Below, in pieces: positions 22,901-35,169 of a stretch of 64,000 bases of DNA. The notes below the pieces were generated by a model. The model was not told the origin of the DNA and searched no databases. It saw nothing but the letters and a program-made list of their open reading frames with translations. Numbering within the stretch: the first letter of the stretch is position 1; every line of letters begins with the position of its first letter. The DNA comes from a virus. The position numbers and the translations under genes are program-made. The stretch covers positions 43,936 to 107,935 of IMG/VR virus record IMGVR_UViG_3300037516_001783. One strand, written 5' to 3'.

Positions 22901-23976
22901 AACGGTGAGATATTTTCTACAATTGGTCGTACATATACACCATTATTGAAAATTAAACCTCCAATGACCTCAATTTTATCAGTTTTCTTTACAACTAAAG
23001 GTCTTATGTAATGTCCACCATCAAAATGACGATGATAAGAAAGGAACTGTTCACCCTTGTCGTCTTTTGCAATTGACATACCGTGGGCTCCACCATTTTC
23101 TAACTGAATGTACTGAAATTTATTTTCCATCTCTAATGTGACCAAGTTCAAATCCTAAATAAAACCTTGCATTGTCAAGTTCTGAAAGGCAGTTCGAACA
23201 ATGAATAAATAGATTAAAAGTTTCTCTATCACCTTGTGTAGAATGTTTTTGATTTATCTCGTCAATAACATCGTCACATTCTTTTCTGGTCTTACCAACC
23301 TCTTCTCTCAACCAATCAATTTTCGCAATGTAAGGTATTGTCTCAGCATAACGATGTGATGATAGAGTTGCTTTATCACTTGCTGGTTCGATATCTGCAA
23401 CTGTTTCTCTTTTACCGTCATTCTGGTATGGGGTTGCTTCACCTAACAAACCTAAGATTTTTCCCAATCTTGCTTTTGCTAATCTTAAGGAATTTGAACA
23501 CAGTTGAAGTTCAGAAGTGTTTTGTATAAAACCAACTTCAGTGTCAAGAGGGATAAACAATTCACCATTTGAATTCCTAAACATTTCCTCCATCTCAGAA
23601 ATTGTTGGTGGTAAATCCTTTCCCACTTCTGTATTTAACCATTCTGAAACACCTTTTTCGTGTAATTCATTAATTGTTATCTTACCAGAAGGTTTTGGTT
23701 GTTGCCATAACTCATCTACCAATTGGTTCAAGGTATCAATTTTCAACCTTAACTCTATTATCTTAGTTTCCATTGTTATTATTTTTATAATTTTGAATTT
23801 GATATTTACGAGCCATAATCCTGTTCTGAATATTATGTATATCTCTTGATGTCTCTAAATTGTCTGAACTGTGAATAATATCAAGTTTTAAAATTTCACC
23901 CCATAATTCAGAAGTTAATTTTAAAACCTTTTCAACTTGTTCATCTTCATTAACTCCCATAAACAATCTAACTCTG

Positions 23977-25959
23977 TTACTGTTTTATAATTCTGTAGTG
24001 GGATTTTGGGTCTGGGTTCACCTCATGTTTGATGACATTCTTTTCCTCGTCTACCAACAAATAATTACCTTTATTGATTTTCTTAGCACACCAACCACAG
24101 TAGCTAAAAGTCAGGTAAATCCCATTTGAATAATCCTTACTCATTGGGTCTGTTATGTTGTACAAAGGGTTTGTATCTTGTAAAAGTGTATTCCCTTTGT
24201 AAGGAATTAAACCGTAGTAATGGTAATTCTGGTAACCGTATGGAAGGTCATCTCTTTCACAATCTAAAATGTAACAAAGGTCGGACCATTTCTTTATGTG
24301 AAAGTAAGTGTAAAAGTGCGAACTTTGTGTTTTATTACAACATTGACAAGTTAATGAATGTTCATCATAAAAACTTCTTTTCCTTTGCCTTTCTCTTTTC
24401 AAATTTGGAGCGTCTATAGGAATTGTCGAATAAATCCCTTCTTTTCTACCTTTGACATTGTACTTCAACTTGTCGAATCTTGTTTGACATCCTCTACTTC
24501 CGAACTGTTCTATTTCAAAATTGTTCTTAACATAAATTTCATCAAAATTAAAAACAAGTTCTTTAACCCTTTCGAATTTCTGACTTAACATGTCACTCAA
24601 GATTTCTCTATCCCTGTCTCTGTTATAGTTCTTCTGTATATGTTCTCTTACTGAATCAGCCTTTTTATTTAACAAATACCAACGTGTAAGTTTCTCAATC
24701 CTATCTACAGTCCCTACCCAGTTCTCGTCGTAATAACGGTCATTTTTAACAACGTCTTTATTGACAACTGTAAGTTCAGAAGATTTAACTCCTTTCAAGG
24801 CTGTACCTATCAGGTCTTGGTAAAATTCATCTACACCTTTGTAATTAACAAAGTCATCAGATTTAACCTCACCATTATCTTGTTGCCCTATTAAGAATTT
24901 AGGATTGTCAATGAAACCTTTCAAACTTATTGTTTGTCCATAATCACCTTTGTATTCGTCTATGTTATCTAACAAGAATTTAGCATAGTGATAGAAGTAA
25001 AAAGGATATGAAGGATGTACATTTTGCCAATCCTCAAAGTAATATTCAGCACTGTACTTTGAATTCCTTAGGCTACCTTGTTTTCTGTGTTCTGTTACAT
25101 CATCAAGTAAAAACCAAGGAAGTTCCAAACCACCTTCTCTGTCGAATGGGATTTCTTTGTCTGTATATCGGTATTTCTTTTCATTGTACCTCCCAGCAAT
25201 CACTCCCTTTCCATATGGGTTGTTAAAATCTCCTCCTATTTGTTGAACCCAGACATTACCTTTATAGGAAATCAGTAACATGAACTGTGAGAAGTCTAAC
25301 TCAACTCTATCAATTCTTAAGAATAATGAAACAACTAATTTGTCGTGTGTTTTGAATGAAAAGTTTTTCTGGAAATCAAACCATTCGTTTACATCGTCAG
25401 ACATAATTATCTTAGGATACAAATACAGAGGTTTGTTAAATAACCTTTCTGTTATGACTTCACCTTCTAATAGCTTGTGAGTTGTTTTAAGATTTATAAC
25501 ATTCCCAACAGCCTGTTTTGCTTCTATTATGTTTCTTGGTGATAGGTAGTTTGCTTTTAACTTGTCCTCACTTATGTATTTAAACTCAATAAAAGTGTCC
25601 AAGTACATTTGATACTCAGAATTCAACCAAAGTTTATAAGTAAATTTTGTTTCTCTGATTAATGAGAGAATTACGAAGGTCTGTTGAAGGTTTTCATCTG
25701 ATTCAAATACATCATCCCTCAAATCTAAGAGCCTTGTGTAGTCTCTTATTCTTCGGTATAAATAAGAGTTGAGAATTTCTAATGCAAAACCGTGGTAATT
25801 CAAATTCATGAACAACTTACAATTAAAAAGTGCACTTTCTATTCCTGAAAGGTCTACTCTTCTGGAAGTCCATTTAGTATCTAAAAATTTAGATTCATCT
25901 ATTGAAAAGAACTTCATGTACCTGTCATAAAGTTGTTCAGTTGTTTCTTTGAAGTTCAC
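23977..25959 (-). CDS. Large hypothetical protein (660 aa) with C-terminal CxxC motifs
   Basis: CQCC and CGWC near the C-terminus; no family recognised. Confidence 0.6.
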   Translation of the reverse strand: MNFKETTEQLYDRYMKFFSIDESKFLDTKWTSRRVDLSGIESALFNCKLFMNLNYHGFALEILNSYLYRRIRDYTRLLDLRDDVFESDENLQQTFVILSLIRETKFTYKLWLNSEYQMYLDTFIEFKYISEDKLKANYLSPRNIIEAKQAVGNVINLKTTHKLLEGEVITERLFNKPLYLYPKIIMSDDVNEWFDFQKNFSFKTHDKLVVSLFLRIDRVELDFSQFMLLISYKGNVWVQQIGGDFNNPYGKGVIAGRYNEKKYRYTDKEIPFDREGGLELPWFLLDDVTEHRKQGSLRNSKYSAEYYFEDWQNVHPSYPFYFYHYAKFLLDNIDEYKGDYGQTISLKGFIDNPKFLIGQQDNGEVKSDDFVNYKGVDEFYQDLIGTALKGVKSSELTVVNKDVVKNDRYYDENWVGTVDRIEKLTRWYLLNKKADSVREHIQKNYNRDRDREILSDMLSQKFERVKELVFNFDEIYVKNNFEIEQFGSRGCQTRFDKLKYNVKGRKEGIYSTIPIDAPNLKRERQRKRSFYDEHSLTCQCCNKTQSSHFYTYFHIKKWSDLCYILDCERDDLPYGYQNYHYYGLIPYKGNTLLQDTNPLYNITDPMSKDYSNGIYLTFSYCGWCAKKINKGNYLLVDEEKNVIKHEVNPDPKSHYRIIKQ

Positions 25960-26173
25960 AGTTTTAACTTTTTACAATGATTTACAATCTTTAAGTAATA
26001 TTCACAATCAACTTTGTTGTTTGTTGGTTCTGCTGAACTGTATGAACCATGACCTTCATAACCAGCACTATCCCCAGCCAAATCTTGACCACACAAAGCA
26101 ACGTCAGCCGATGATACACCTGTAAAATGTACTACCTTAAAACCATCTTCAAATGTTTGAACTTGCTTTTCAT
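25956..26173 (-). pseudogene. Small frameshifted gene
   Basis: ATG AAA AGC stops after 13 codons, but the shifted frame reads KQVQTFEDGFKVVHFTG...LCGQD...VDCEYY...KL* and its TGA overlaps the next start. Confidence 0.5.
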
Positions 26174-28397
26174 GTTACCTATTTTTGTATAGAGTTTCCT
26201 GTTTTAACTAAAGCTTGGTAAAACTTAACATTAGTCTTTGTAGAAACTTTCTGTATGCCATTTACATTAGTTTCTGATTCAACAACATTCTCAACTACAG
26301 TAGCAACTCCACCTTGTAGTTTCCAATTAAAAAACTTCCTTAGAAAATAATCAACATCATCAACAGGAAGAACAACATAAACCTTATGTTCATCAATAGA
26401 ATTCATTTCTTCTTCCCTTAATTTAATCTGTTTTTCGATGTACCTGTTGTAATCTTCTTCACTAAGATTCTCAAGACTTTCTCTGTAGTTCATAACCTGA
26501 TTATTATAGATATTCGTTGTATTCTTCAATCCACTCTTGCTTCAGAGGTAAGTTTGCTTCAACATACCTGATGATTGTGTTTCTCACATCTGTATGTCGC
26601 TTTTCATTGTGAATTTTCAAAGGAATTAAACCTAATGGTGGTCTGTTTGCACCAATTTGTTTGGTATCTTCCTTCACAGGTTGAACAATGAAAGGTAACT
26701 CTAACAATGAAATAGTTTTAGCAGTGAAAGCAGTCTCTTTCATTGTCCATTCACCATTCAACTTACCAATAAAGTGTTGACTCTTGATATCTGGGAAGTT
26801 TGTAGGTAAGTGTTGTGATACATGGCTAAATACATCAAAAATCTGATTTTCAGTAACCCAAATACACCAATTATTTCTATCATAAATTTCACCTTTTTGT
26901 GTATTTATGTTACACTTGTTTTCATCTTCAATTTTAAATTGTTCTGCTAAAGTGTTATACTGAATATCCTGTTCATAGGAAGTTGTAGAAATAATATCAT
27001 CTGGTGAAAGGACTAACTGCAAGTTCATGAATTTCTTACGACGTAGGTCTAAAACACCATAAAAGTTGAATTTTATAATGTAATCAGAACCACACTCTTT
27101 TCTTTTGACAAAGTAAAGTGTTCCGTCTTTTAATTCTGAATGTTGTAAACCAAATAACTGTACTGTTCTACTAGTCTTCTCACTATGCTCTATTTGTGAC
27201 ATTTGGTTATAGTATTGCTCAATTAAAGCAAAAGCTTCCTTTGCTACTTTTTCACTACAACCGTCTCCGCAATATGGGACTAAACTTTGATACTTTACAG
27301 CCAATCTATACCTACTTGATTCTTTGTAATCTGCAGATAATCTTGATTCTGTATTGTTGTGAGTATCCATTATCTGACGAATCTCCTCTCTAAATTGGAA
27401 ATAGATTTTCCCAAAGTTTTTGAACAATATTTCTACTTTGTTGTTAGTCATGGTGAAATTTATATTTTATAATTCTAATGTTACTCATCTTTACATAAAT
27501 CAGGGAATCTCCTTTGAAATTCATCGTAGGCTTCCACTACAGTTTTGTTATTATAGAAAGCACCAATCCTAATCATTCCTGTGAAATTTCTATGTTTCCT
27601 AACATCATGGATATTAAGGATTCTTTTGAATTGGCTTTTAGGAGAAACATTAAGTTCCTCAAAATGCACTTGGTTGTGACAAAATACAGCAATCATACCT
27701 TTCTCTCTTCGTATTTTTGTTCTTCAAGTTTCACAGGTTCAAAACCGTAATCAGTACGAATAAGATTAATCCTCTCATTGATTAATTTGTCTATCACCTG
27801 TAGATTTTGTATTTGACTTGCTGAATAAGTTCTATGTGTAGATAGAAGATTACCAGAAGCGTCCATTACAGCACTAACAGCTCCTTGCTCTATTATCCTA
27901 ACTTTCTTGTTAAAAAGGAGTCTGTGAAGTTTGTCTTCTATGATAGTCCTTTGACAAAGTTCAGCAAGATTGTTATTTTCTTGGATATTACTTTCCATTA
28001 CACTGACAATTTGAAATACAGGTTTTCTATGAAGCTGTATTGGTTAAACTTTAACAGTAATCTTAAATACCAAGGTTGTTTACTCATTATACTTTTGATA
28101 GCATTCACCCTAATATACTCTGCTTTTGAAATAAACACTGCTGGCTTGGATTTATCTTTAAATACTTCCATGTACAGACCGTGTTTTGATTTGAAGAATG
28201 CAGAATTGTCTTTTCCTTCTAAGTTGATTTTATTCGGTAATTTCATTGCTATAAATTTTATCTAAGAACCTGTTTGACTTTGCTTTGAGTTTTCTCTTAA
28301 CTCTTTTTCTAACTGAAGTGTTAGAACTTCCTTTTTTGAACATATAATCACTATCCCATTTGAACTTCATGATTCTGTGGTAGATGTTACTTTTCAT

Positions 28398-28477
28398 GAT
28401 TAACAAATTTTTAACATTACAAAGGTAGTACTTTTAATTTTACAAAGAAAACAGTCTTAAGTTAGAAAAGGCTGTTT
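28398..28477 (-). promoter_or_regulatory. Repeated early-promoter unit 2
   Basis: TACCTTTG at 28420-28427 plus upstream AAAACAG/CTGTTTT hairpin; ATG at 28397. Confidence 0.75.
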
Positions 28478-28894
28478 TAATTGTAATTGATTTCAAAATC
28501 CTTATCGTAATAAGTTGTTTTCACTGTTGAAAACTCAAACTTAACTGTTAAAGTTTTTGGTGTTTTCTTGATTACAGTCCCCTTACCTTTATCTGGACAA
28601 TTTACTTCTTGACCTTTACTTATTTCTGACAGTTTCATTTTTATAAGTTGTTTAAGTTTCTCGTAGAATTGTGAAGTGAAATCATTTTCAAACATAATCT
28701 CACTTGTTTTAGGATGCATTTTGTAAAATCCTTTCTGTTCCGTAAAAATCTTTCTTTAACATTATTGTCACAGTTCTATCTGGTTCTGTAGAAGCTAAAT
28801 CAACTCCCATAACAATATTGTCAAAGAAGTGAGGTTCAAATAACCTTCCTCCCACTATCCTCGGTTCTTCACATATAGCAATGAACTTTGAATT

Positions 28895-29440
28895 CTACTC
28901 CTTTTGAAACTTCTGGAGGTTTATTAACCTCTCTACACCTTTTCCTACTTTAGGAAATTGGTAGTCAACATACGGCAGTAAACTCATCTTAAATATTGAA
29001 TTTTCAATTTGCTCTTTCTTATCTTCTACAGATTCCTGTTCTGAAGTTTTCTTACTTGAAGATTCTACAGATTTTCCACTCAACCTTTCCTCAATCCTTT
29101 CTCTGATAATCATACGGTCTCTTTCTGTTGGTATGTAATCATTAGCGAATTCTGGAAAGCTTTTAATTGCTTCTAAATAAGTTCCGGAGTAATCAGTAGC
29201 ATTAATTCCTCTGTTAAGACATTCCTTATACAGTTCGTCATTTCTATTCTTCAAGTAAAGAAGTTTGTCATAGAAAAACTTCACATGACCTGTACCTAAA
29301 GTAAATTCTTTTGGTTGGTTATCCAGATTAAACCTACCTTTCAAAATACAATTGGGAATTCTTTTCATTTCCCTTAGTTCAGCAAATAAATGTTTGCTAT
29401 TTAATTCCTGAGGAGGAATACCACAATTAATCCTTGTCAT
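28895..29440 (-). CDS. denV: Pyrimidine-dimer DNA glycosylase / endonuclease V with a C-terminal extension
   Basis: MTRIN...EL..KHLFAELREMKRIP, FTLGTGHVKFFYDKL.YL..R..L..E...RG. Confidence 0.92.
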   Translation of the reverse strand: MTRINCGIPPQELNSKHLFAELREMKRIPNCILKGRFNLDNQPKEFTLGTGHVKFFYDKLLYLKNRNDELYKECLNRGINATDYSGTYLEAIKSFPEFANDYIPTERDRMIIRERIEERLSGKSVESSSKKTSEQESVEDKKEQIENSIFKMSLLPYVDYQFPKVGKGVERLINLQKFQKE

Positions 29441-30180
29441 ACCAAGTTGGGAAAGTTAATTCTGTGTTTTTATTTCTTGCTACCCAACTAACAACCCTGT
29501 CGGTTAAATCAATATAAGTTTGTAGTTCACCACCTGTGAAAGTACAAGCAGAATCTTGACAAATAACATCTGCTACATTCTGAGTAAGTTCTTCTGTTTC
29601 TGGTATTACTTCGTTGATTAAACGTAAAAAGCTTTCGTAAAACTTGTTTAAGCTGATATCAACACACTCCTCTTCTCCTTCTTCCTCACCTTGTACTTCC
29701 TCTTCTAATTCTTCATCCCAATAGGTTTCATATGTTCCTGTACCTACCCACTCCCACTTTTCATCCTTAGCATTACAATTACCATTGTTACAGTAATCGT
29801 AGTACAACCTTCCAACTGCCCTAATTAATTCACCTTGAACTGTAACTGGTGAACCTGAACTTGGAACCAATTCTTTGTTCAGCTTGTTATAAATATTTTG
29901 ATACCTACCTTTGTTATTCCAGTAGCATCTTTGAATGGCAGAATTTCCCATGAGATTAAAGTGTTAATTTTATTACACCAAATTTAATTAAAGTGAGTAT
30001 CTCTTCTAATGAGATATAGATTTTTGTATTAGAGATAGCTTCTCCAGTTGCATATCCATCTTTTACTCCGAAAAAAGCTTTCTTCCAAAACGGACCTGTA
30101 CAAACAAGTACGCTGAAGAGTAAATAATTATTCACTTTGATTTGAGATGTTATGTAGTTTATCTCTTCTTGGGTTGCCAT

Positions 30181-30283
30181 AAGATTAAATGATTAAATGT
30201 TTAAGCTTTGTTACTTAACATTACAAAGGTAACTCTTTTCTTTTAAACAACAAAACAGCCTTTTATAGGAAAAGGCTGTTTTT
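30181..30283 (-). promoter_or_regulatory. Repeated early-promoter unit 3
   Basis: TTG-17 nt-TACCTTTG (30224-30231), hairpin AAAACAGCCTTTT/AAAAGGCTGTTTT, conserved leader. Confidence 0.8.
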
Positions 30284-32466
30284 TATTATTTTATTTCCTT
30301 TCAGTGTTAATCAAGGATACACCAATCTTCATTAGAAATCGTTTTCTATAACCTTCTTAATTTCATTAGGGTCGTGTTTCACCCAGATTCCTTTTACAGC
30401 ATTGTACTTTAACAGTTCGCCATTCTCGAACTTAACTGTTCCATCTTTAATTTTCTCTTTAGACATTTTATTTGTTGTTATTAAGGGTTGCTAATATTTC
30501 AAGTTGTTTTACTCTGGTATGTGACCTGTCTATGTGAACATCTAAAAGTTTCAACCTTGCGTCTGAAAATTTATCCATCTTCTGAAGACATTCCATAATC
30601 ACAATTTGATTCTTCATGATTATAGTTAAATCTAATTCTATTGACATACTAAAATTCTAAACCAAGTAATTGTACAACTGTTATGACTGCTAGAAATGAC
30701 AAATATGCCAAAATAAATGTGATTCCTAATTTCTCCAATATTGAGGAATCCTTTTCCTTATTGTAATCTTTGAAGTTCATGTTATGAATTGTTATTGTTA
30801 CCTTTAACAACGCTGTTTTCTAATTTTAATTTTTCTTTTATCAGTTCATCAAGTTCTGATTGAGTTCCTATTCTAAAATGAAAACCCAATTCTCTCTTTA
30901 AACGAATTTTTAAATCTAACAACTTTATTTTATCAGCTTTTGATTTTCGTTTCTTATTCTCAAGAGTTATAATTTTCTCTTTAGCTTTTTCATAAGAATT
31001 AACAACATCAATATGTGTACCTTTTGGTAATGAAAATTCCATATTTCTATTGTAGATTATGAATCCACTTTTCTACCTTAACAACTCCATCTTGAAGACT
31101 GTCATAAACTAACTCCTCTTCCAGAATCCCTTTCTCCTTTAACAGTTCAAGAAGTTCTTCCTGTGATTTCTCACCTACTTCAAACATCTCAAAGAATTTC
31201 TCTATTTCTTCTACAGGAATAGCAAATCTGTTTACCCTGTAACCTCCATATGGAGCGTCAGGTTTTACTTCTTCTAATTGGTAGTATTGTACACCTGTCA
31301 ACTTATTCTTCATAAGTTTAGCAACAGTATATTCAACACCTTTCTTAATCCAATTTGTTGACCTCACTTCTTCTGGCTTGTGAGTATCGTCTATACAAAC
31401 AACTTTCATACTTAGAAATTTTGTAATGAAACTGACTTCAATATTTCTTCAAACATTGCTTTTGCAATAATATGTTCAACTTCCTTAGAGAACAACATTT
31501 CTGAATGTGAAACTGAAAATCGAACTTGTTTTGTTTTACCATTAATTTTGAACTGCAACATATACCTTTCTTCTGGATTTATGCCTGCTAACTTGTACAT
31601 AACAACATCTTGTAACATGTTGTTAGTAACACCTACAGATTCATTTCTTAATTTCTCAACTGCAGTTTCGATTAAAATTTGCTCCTGAGTTTCTTCAAGC
31701 TGTTTTTGTAATTCTACAGCTTTTACTTTCAGTTCACTAACCATTAGATTGTTCTTTTTCTGAGAAATACAATTCTACATCATCCCACTCGAAACCCATT
31801 TCATCATTGAAATAATCTTCCCAACCATATGGTTGTTTTGTTTCTTCGTCAATTTCTTCATTATACATTTCAACCAAGATTATGTTTGAGTAATCTGGTA
31901 TGAACTTGTTTTCGTATAGAAACAGGTGTTGATTTGCTAAAGTGTTAAGAACCAAGTAAGCTTCTCTCTCACTTTTCACTTCTACAGCGAAATTCTTACT
32001 TACTCCAACCTGAGGAAAGTGTACAACTCTCAGTTTGTTCTTTATTTGTTTGAAATCTTCCATTTGTTATTCTTTAGGAGGTGCTAGTCTGAAATAATTT
32101 GATTGTAAGGTTGTTTCGTAATATGAGAATCTGTAAGGCAAACTAGAATCCATAAACCAACTTTTCATTATCGGTTTATCTGTTTCAAATCGTTTTTGTT
32201 GTTGTTTAGATTCCTTACTACGTGTGAAAACTCTAACTCTTATTCTGGGATTCTCATCCATCTTCTTACAGTTGAATATTGTTGTGAATCACTTCTAAAG
32301 AACCATCTTCTTGGTAAATGTCTTCCGTTTGTTATATCCCTATCTGAGAATCTTGAAACTTTGAAACTCCCATGGCTTGTTTCTATTAAAACATATTCCC
32401 CAGCTTCTGGTAATTGACAATCAGGTTCTATTGTTATCCAAGGACTTTTCATATTGTTATTTTGAC

Positions 32467-32759
32467 GATTTATAAATTTTCTCGATGGATTTCACCATCA
32501 GAGGACTTTTTACTTTATTTCTGACAGAATTGAATTTATAACTTCATCAATTTGTTTACCCATACCTAAATTCTCTTTAAGCATAGGGATAAACATCATT
32601 TTGTAAACCTCATCTGTTATTATAGACTCTGTTGTTACATATTCATACCCAAATTCCTTCAAGTTTCTAACACCAGCATTTAAAAGATGTTGCTTTATAT
32701 CTTCGTTTGTCATGATTTACAAATTTTCTCGATGTATCTGCCGTGGGAGGACTTTTTAC
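32467..32759. repeat. About 45-nt intergenic direct repeat flanking the 67-aa ORF
   Basis: gattta(t/c)aaattttctcgatg...gaggactttttac at about 32467-32513 and 32714-32759. Confidence 0.75.
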
Positions 32760-33069
32760 ATCATGTTATCCTCAAAATATATCCCTTCATCAACAACTTC
32801 TATGCCTAAGATTTCAGAAATAGATTGAAAAGCTTCTGCTTTCTTGTTATTCTGTTCCATACTGTAAACATAATCCCTAGTAACGTGTAACGGCATATCA
32901 CTGTCAACTTCTAAAGTTATTATGACGTCAATCTTTTTTCTTTTACCACCCATGACTATATGAATAATCTATTGTTTTCACTTATTTTATCGTACTCCAC
33001 AAGCTTCTATATTAAATTTCATACACTTATATGAATTGGAACTTTTGAAGCTTTAAATGACGATATTTG

Positions 33070-33141
33070 CCCTGAACCCAAGAATCGAACTTGGACACCT
33101 CGAACAATAGGACGAGTACTCTACCATTAAGATAATTCAGG
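33070..33141 (-). ncRNA. tRNA-like element with an enlarged anticodon loop
   Basis: Acceptor CCTGAAT/GTTCAGG, D region TCTTAATGGTAGAGT, arm CTCG-TCCTATTGTT-CGAG (10-nt loop), T arm CCAAG-TTCGATT-CTTGG; 72 nt. Confidence 0.8.
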
Positions 33142-33517
33142 GTTTGTTTGTTAGGTATTTCTCTCTTTATACCTTTGTAATTCTATTTCTTTAACCTTGT
33201 TCTGGTAATATCCTATAACAAGTTCCTTTACTTCCTTCAGACATTTCAAATCCATAGCGTAAAGGTAAGGTGTGATTTGGTCTACTTCCTTACTCCTTTC
33301 CTGTATGCTCTCATAGAACTTGAAGTCTGCGTTTTTGGTTATGCTGGTAAGAAACCTATCCAAATGCTTTGTGGCTAAATTGAAATCCTTCTTCACATTA
33401 TTCCTTAGAGAACTATGCTCCTCGAAATCCTTCATAGAACAATACAGGTTATTGGTATGAGTTACCACCTGTAAGAAATGGAATTGCTTTTCACTTTCAC
33501 TTCTCTCCTTTACTTCA

Positions 33518-35113
33518 CTACTCATTTTCTATTGAATCCTTTATGTACTTTGGTAATTTGTTCCTATGGATAAGGTTGCTGAAATTGCTGTCTAATATGT
33601 GAGTTACACTCCAGTCGTCTTTACTTCTTGTACTTCTACCACATAGCTGTATAACATCACAAAGTGTCTTCCAACCATACCACGTCTCATTTGATTCCAT
33701 TCTCCTTTTGATTTGCTCATCAGCCATACTAGGATATGGTATCTTCATTAACACCTGAAATCTTGCTAAATCTCCCTTTAAATCTACACCGTTGACCATT
33801 GAGGGTGATACTAGCACTGTTTTCTTTTCAGACTCTATATGATTGTTTAACGCTGTTTCCCTATCTGTGGAGTCGTGGAAGATAAATTTGTCTTTTAAAT
33901 CTTCTATTTGTAACAGGTCTCTCTTAAGCCAATTAGAAACCTTATAGTTCCCTGTATGGATTATACCTTTATAGTCTATGTTCTCCCTTACTATCCTTAT
34001 GGTTTTCTTTAGTAGCTTGTGATAGTTTTCTTCTATACCTTCGAAGTTCATTTTCCCTATTGGCGAATACACTATCTTCCTTTTTTCTGCTTCGAATGGT
34101 GATTCTAAACTTAGGAAGCTGGATGTTGTTAGGTCTATGTTCATAATTTTACAGAACATTACTCTATCTAAAATAGTACCTGAAAGTAGAACTATGTGGT
34201 CGTATTTTTCCCATAGTTGTGGTAGATAATTGGTTCCCCAGATGACTTTTGCCTTAATTAAAACAGTTCCGTCCGTTGTTATCTCCTTATTTAGTATCCA
34301 ATTGTTACTCCAGTTTTCATTATCATCCAGGAATCTGTTTATTTTTAACTGTAGAAATGAGATGTTTTTTATTTTCTTTAGTAGGGTTTGTTTTTTATTC
34401 TTACCTACACAGATTTCTAGTTGTTGGTTTAATTTGCTGTTTTGTTGTCTTATTAATTCGTTTACTTCTTGTTCTATAAAGAGTGCGAATTGTTTTATTG
34501 TTGTTATTGTTTTTAATCTGTTTTCTGTTTCTTTTGTTACTTCCAAACCTAATGAAGCCAAGTAATTTGTTGAAATGAAACATTCTACATAGTGTGAGTA
34601 TGTTTCTTCGAATAAATGTGCTTCATCTATAAACAGTATCTTTGCATTTCTTTCATCTATGAATGCTGGGTTGTTACAATATAAACTTAGGAAAAGGTTG
34701 AAGTTCAATACTCCTACCGATGATTCCATGTATTCCTTCTTTGCTATCTTATATGGGCATGAGTAACATTGCACTTCTTCACCTGAAGCAATTAATTCTT
34801 GACCAACTGAACAGTTTTCTACTTCATGGTCTGTACATATGTAGTTTTCCTTACCTTTTAAGCTTCTTAGATAACTGAAATCTGATATGTATTGGTCTTG
34901 TAATATCTTGGTGTTTGTTAATATGTCGAATTTTGCACTTGGATTTAACTCCTGTACGTGTCTCGCCATCATTTGTATAGCATAAGATTTACCTACTCCT
35001 GTTGGCATTTCTGCTACTAAAAATTTCTTGTTTAGTTCTATTAACTTTATAAACTTACTTACAACCAATATTTGTTCTGCCCTCGGCTCCCAATTCAAAG
35101 TGATGTCTTCCAT
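33518..35113 (-). CDS. DinG/XPD-family SF2 helicase
   Basis: MPTGVGKS, LKGKENYIC with a Cys cluster, DEAH, LSGT, GVDLKGD, Q.CGRSTRSKDD. Confidence 0.9.
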   Translation of the reverse strand: MEDITLNWEPRAEQILVVSKFIKLIELNKKFLVAEMPTGVGKSYAIQMMARHVQELNPSAKFDILTNTKILQDQYISDFSYLRSLKGKENYICTDHEVENCSVGQELIASGEEVQCYSCPYKIAKKEYMESSVGVLNFNLFLSLYCNNPAFIDERNAKILFIDEAHLFEETYSHYVECFISTNYLASLGLEVTKETENRLKTITTIKQFALFIEQEVNELIRQQNSKLNQQLEICVGKNKKQTLLKKIKNISFLQLKINRFLDDNENWSNNWILNKEITTDGTVLIKAKVIWGTNYLPQLWEKYDHIVLLSGTILDRVMFCKIMNIDLTTSSFLSLESPFEAEKRKIVYSPIGKMNFEGIEENYHKLLKKTIRIVRENIDYKGIIHTGNYKVSNWLKRDLLQIEDLKDKFIFHDSTDRETALNNHIESEKKTVLVSPSMVNGVDLKGDLARFQVLMKIPYPSMADEQIKRRMESNETWYGWKTLCDVIQLCGRSTRSKDDWSVTHILDSNFSNLIHRNKLPKYIKDSIENE

Positions 35114-35169
35114 GATAAATTATAACTTTGTTTTGCAATTTATTCCTAATTTATCAAGTTCTTCTGTTG

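Larger units (their letters stand above)
20126..33525 (-). other. Second cluster of short hypothetical genes (includes 660-aa and 315-aa unknowns and denV)
   Basis: ORF track; dense minus-strand ORFs. Confidence 0.7.

Noticed and set aside
23120-23773. Acb2/Tad-like anti-defence sponge protein
   Set aside because: Only a vague helical resemblance; diagnostic motif not recognisable
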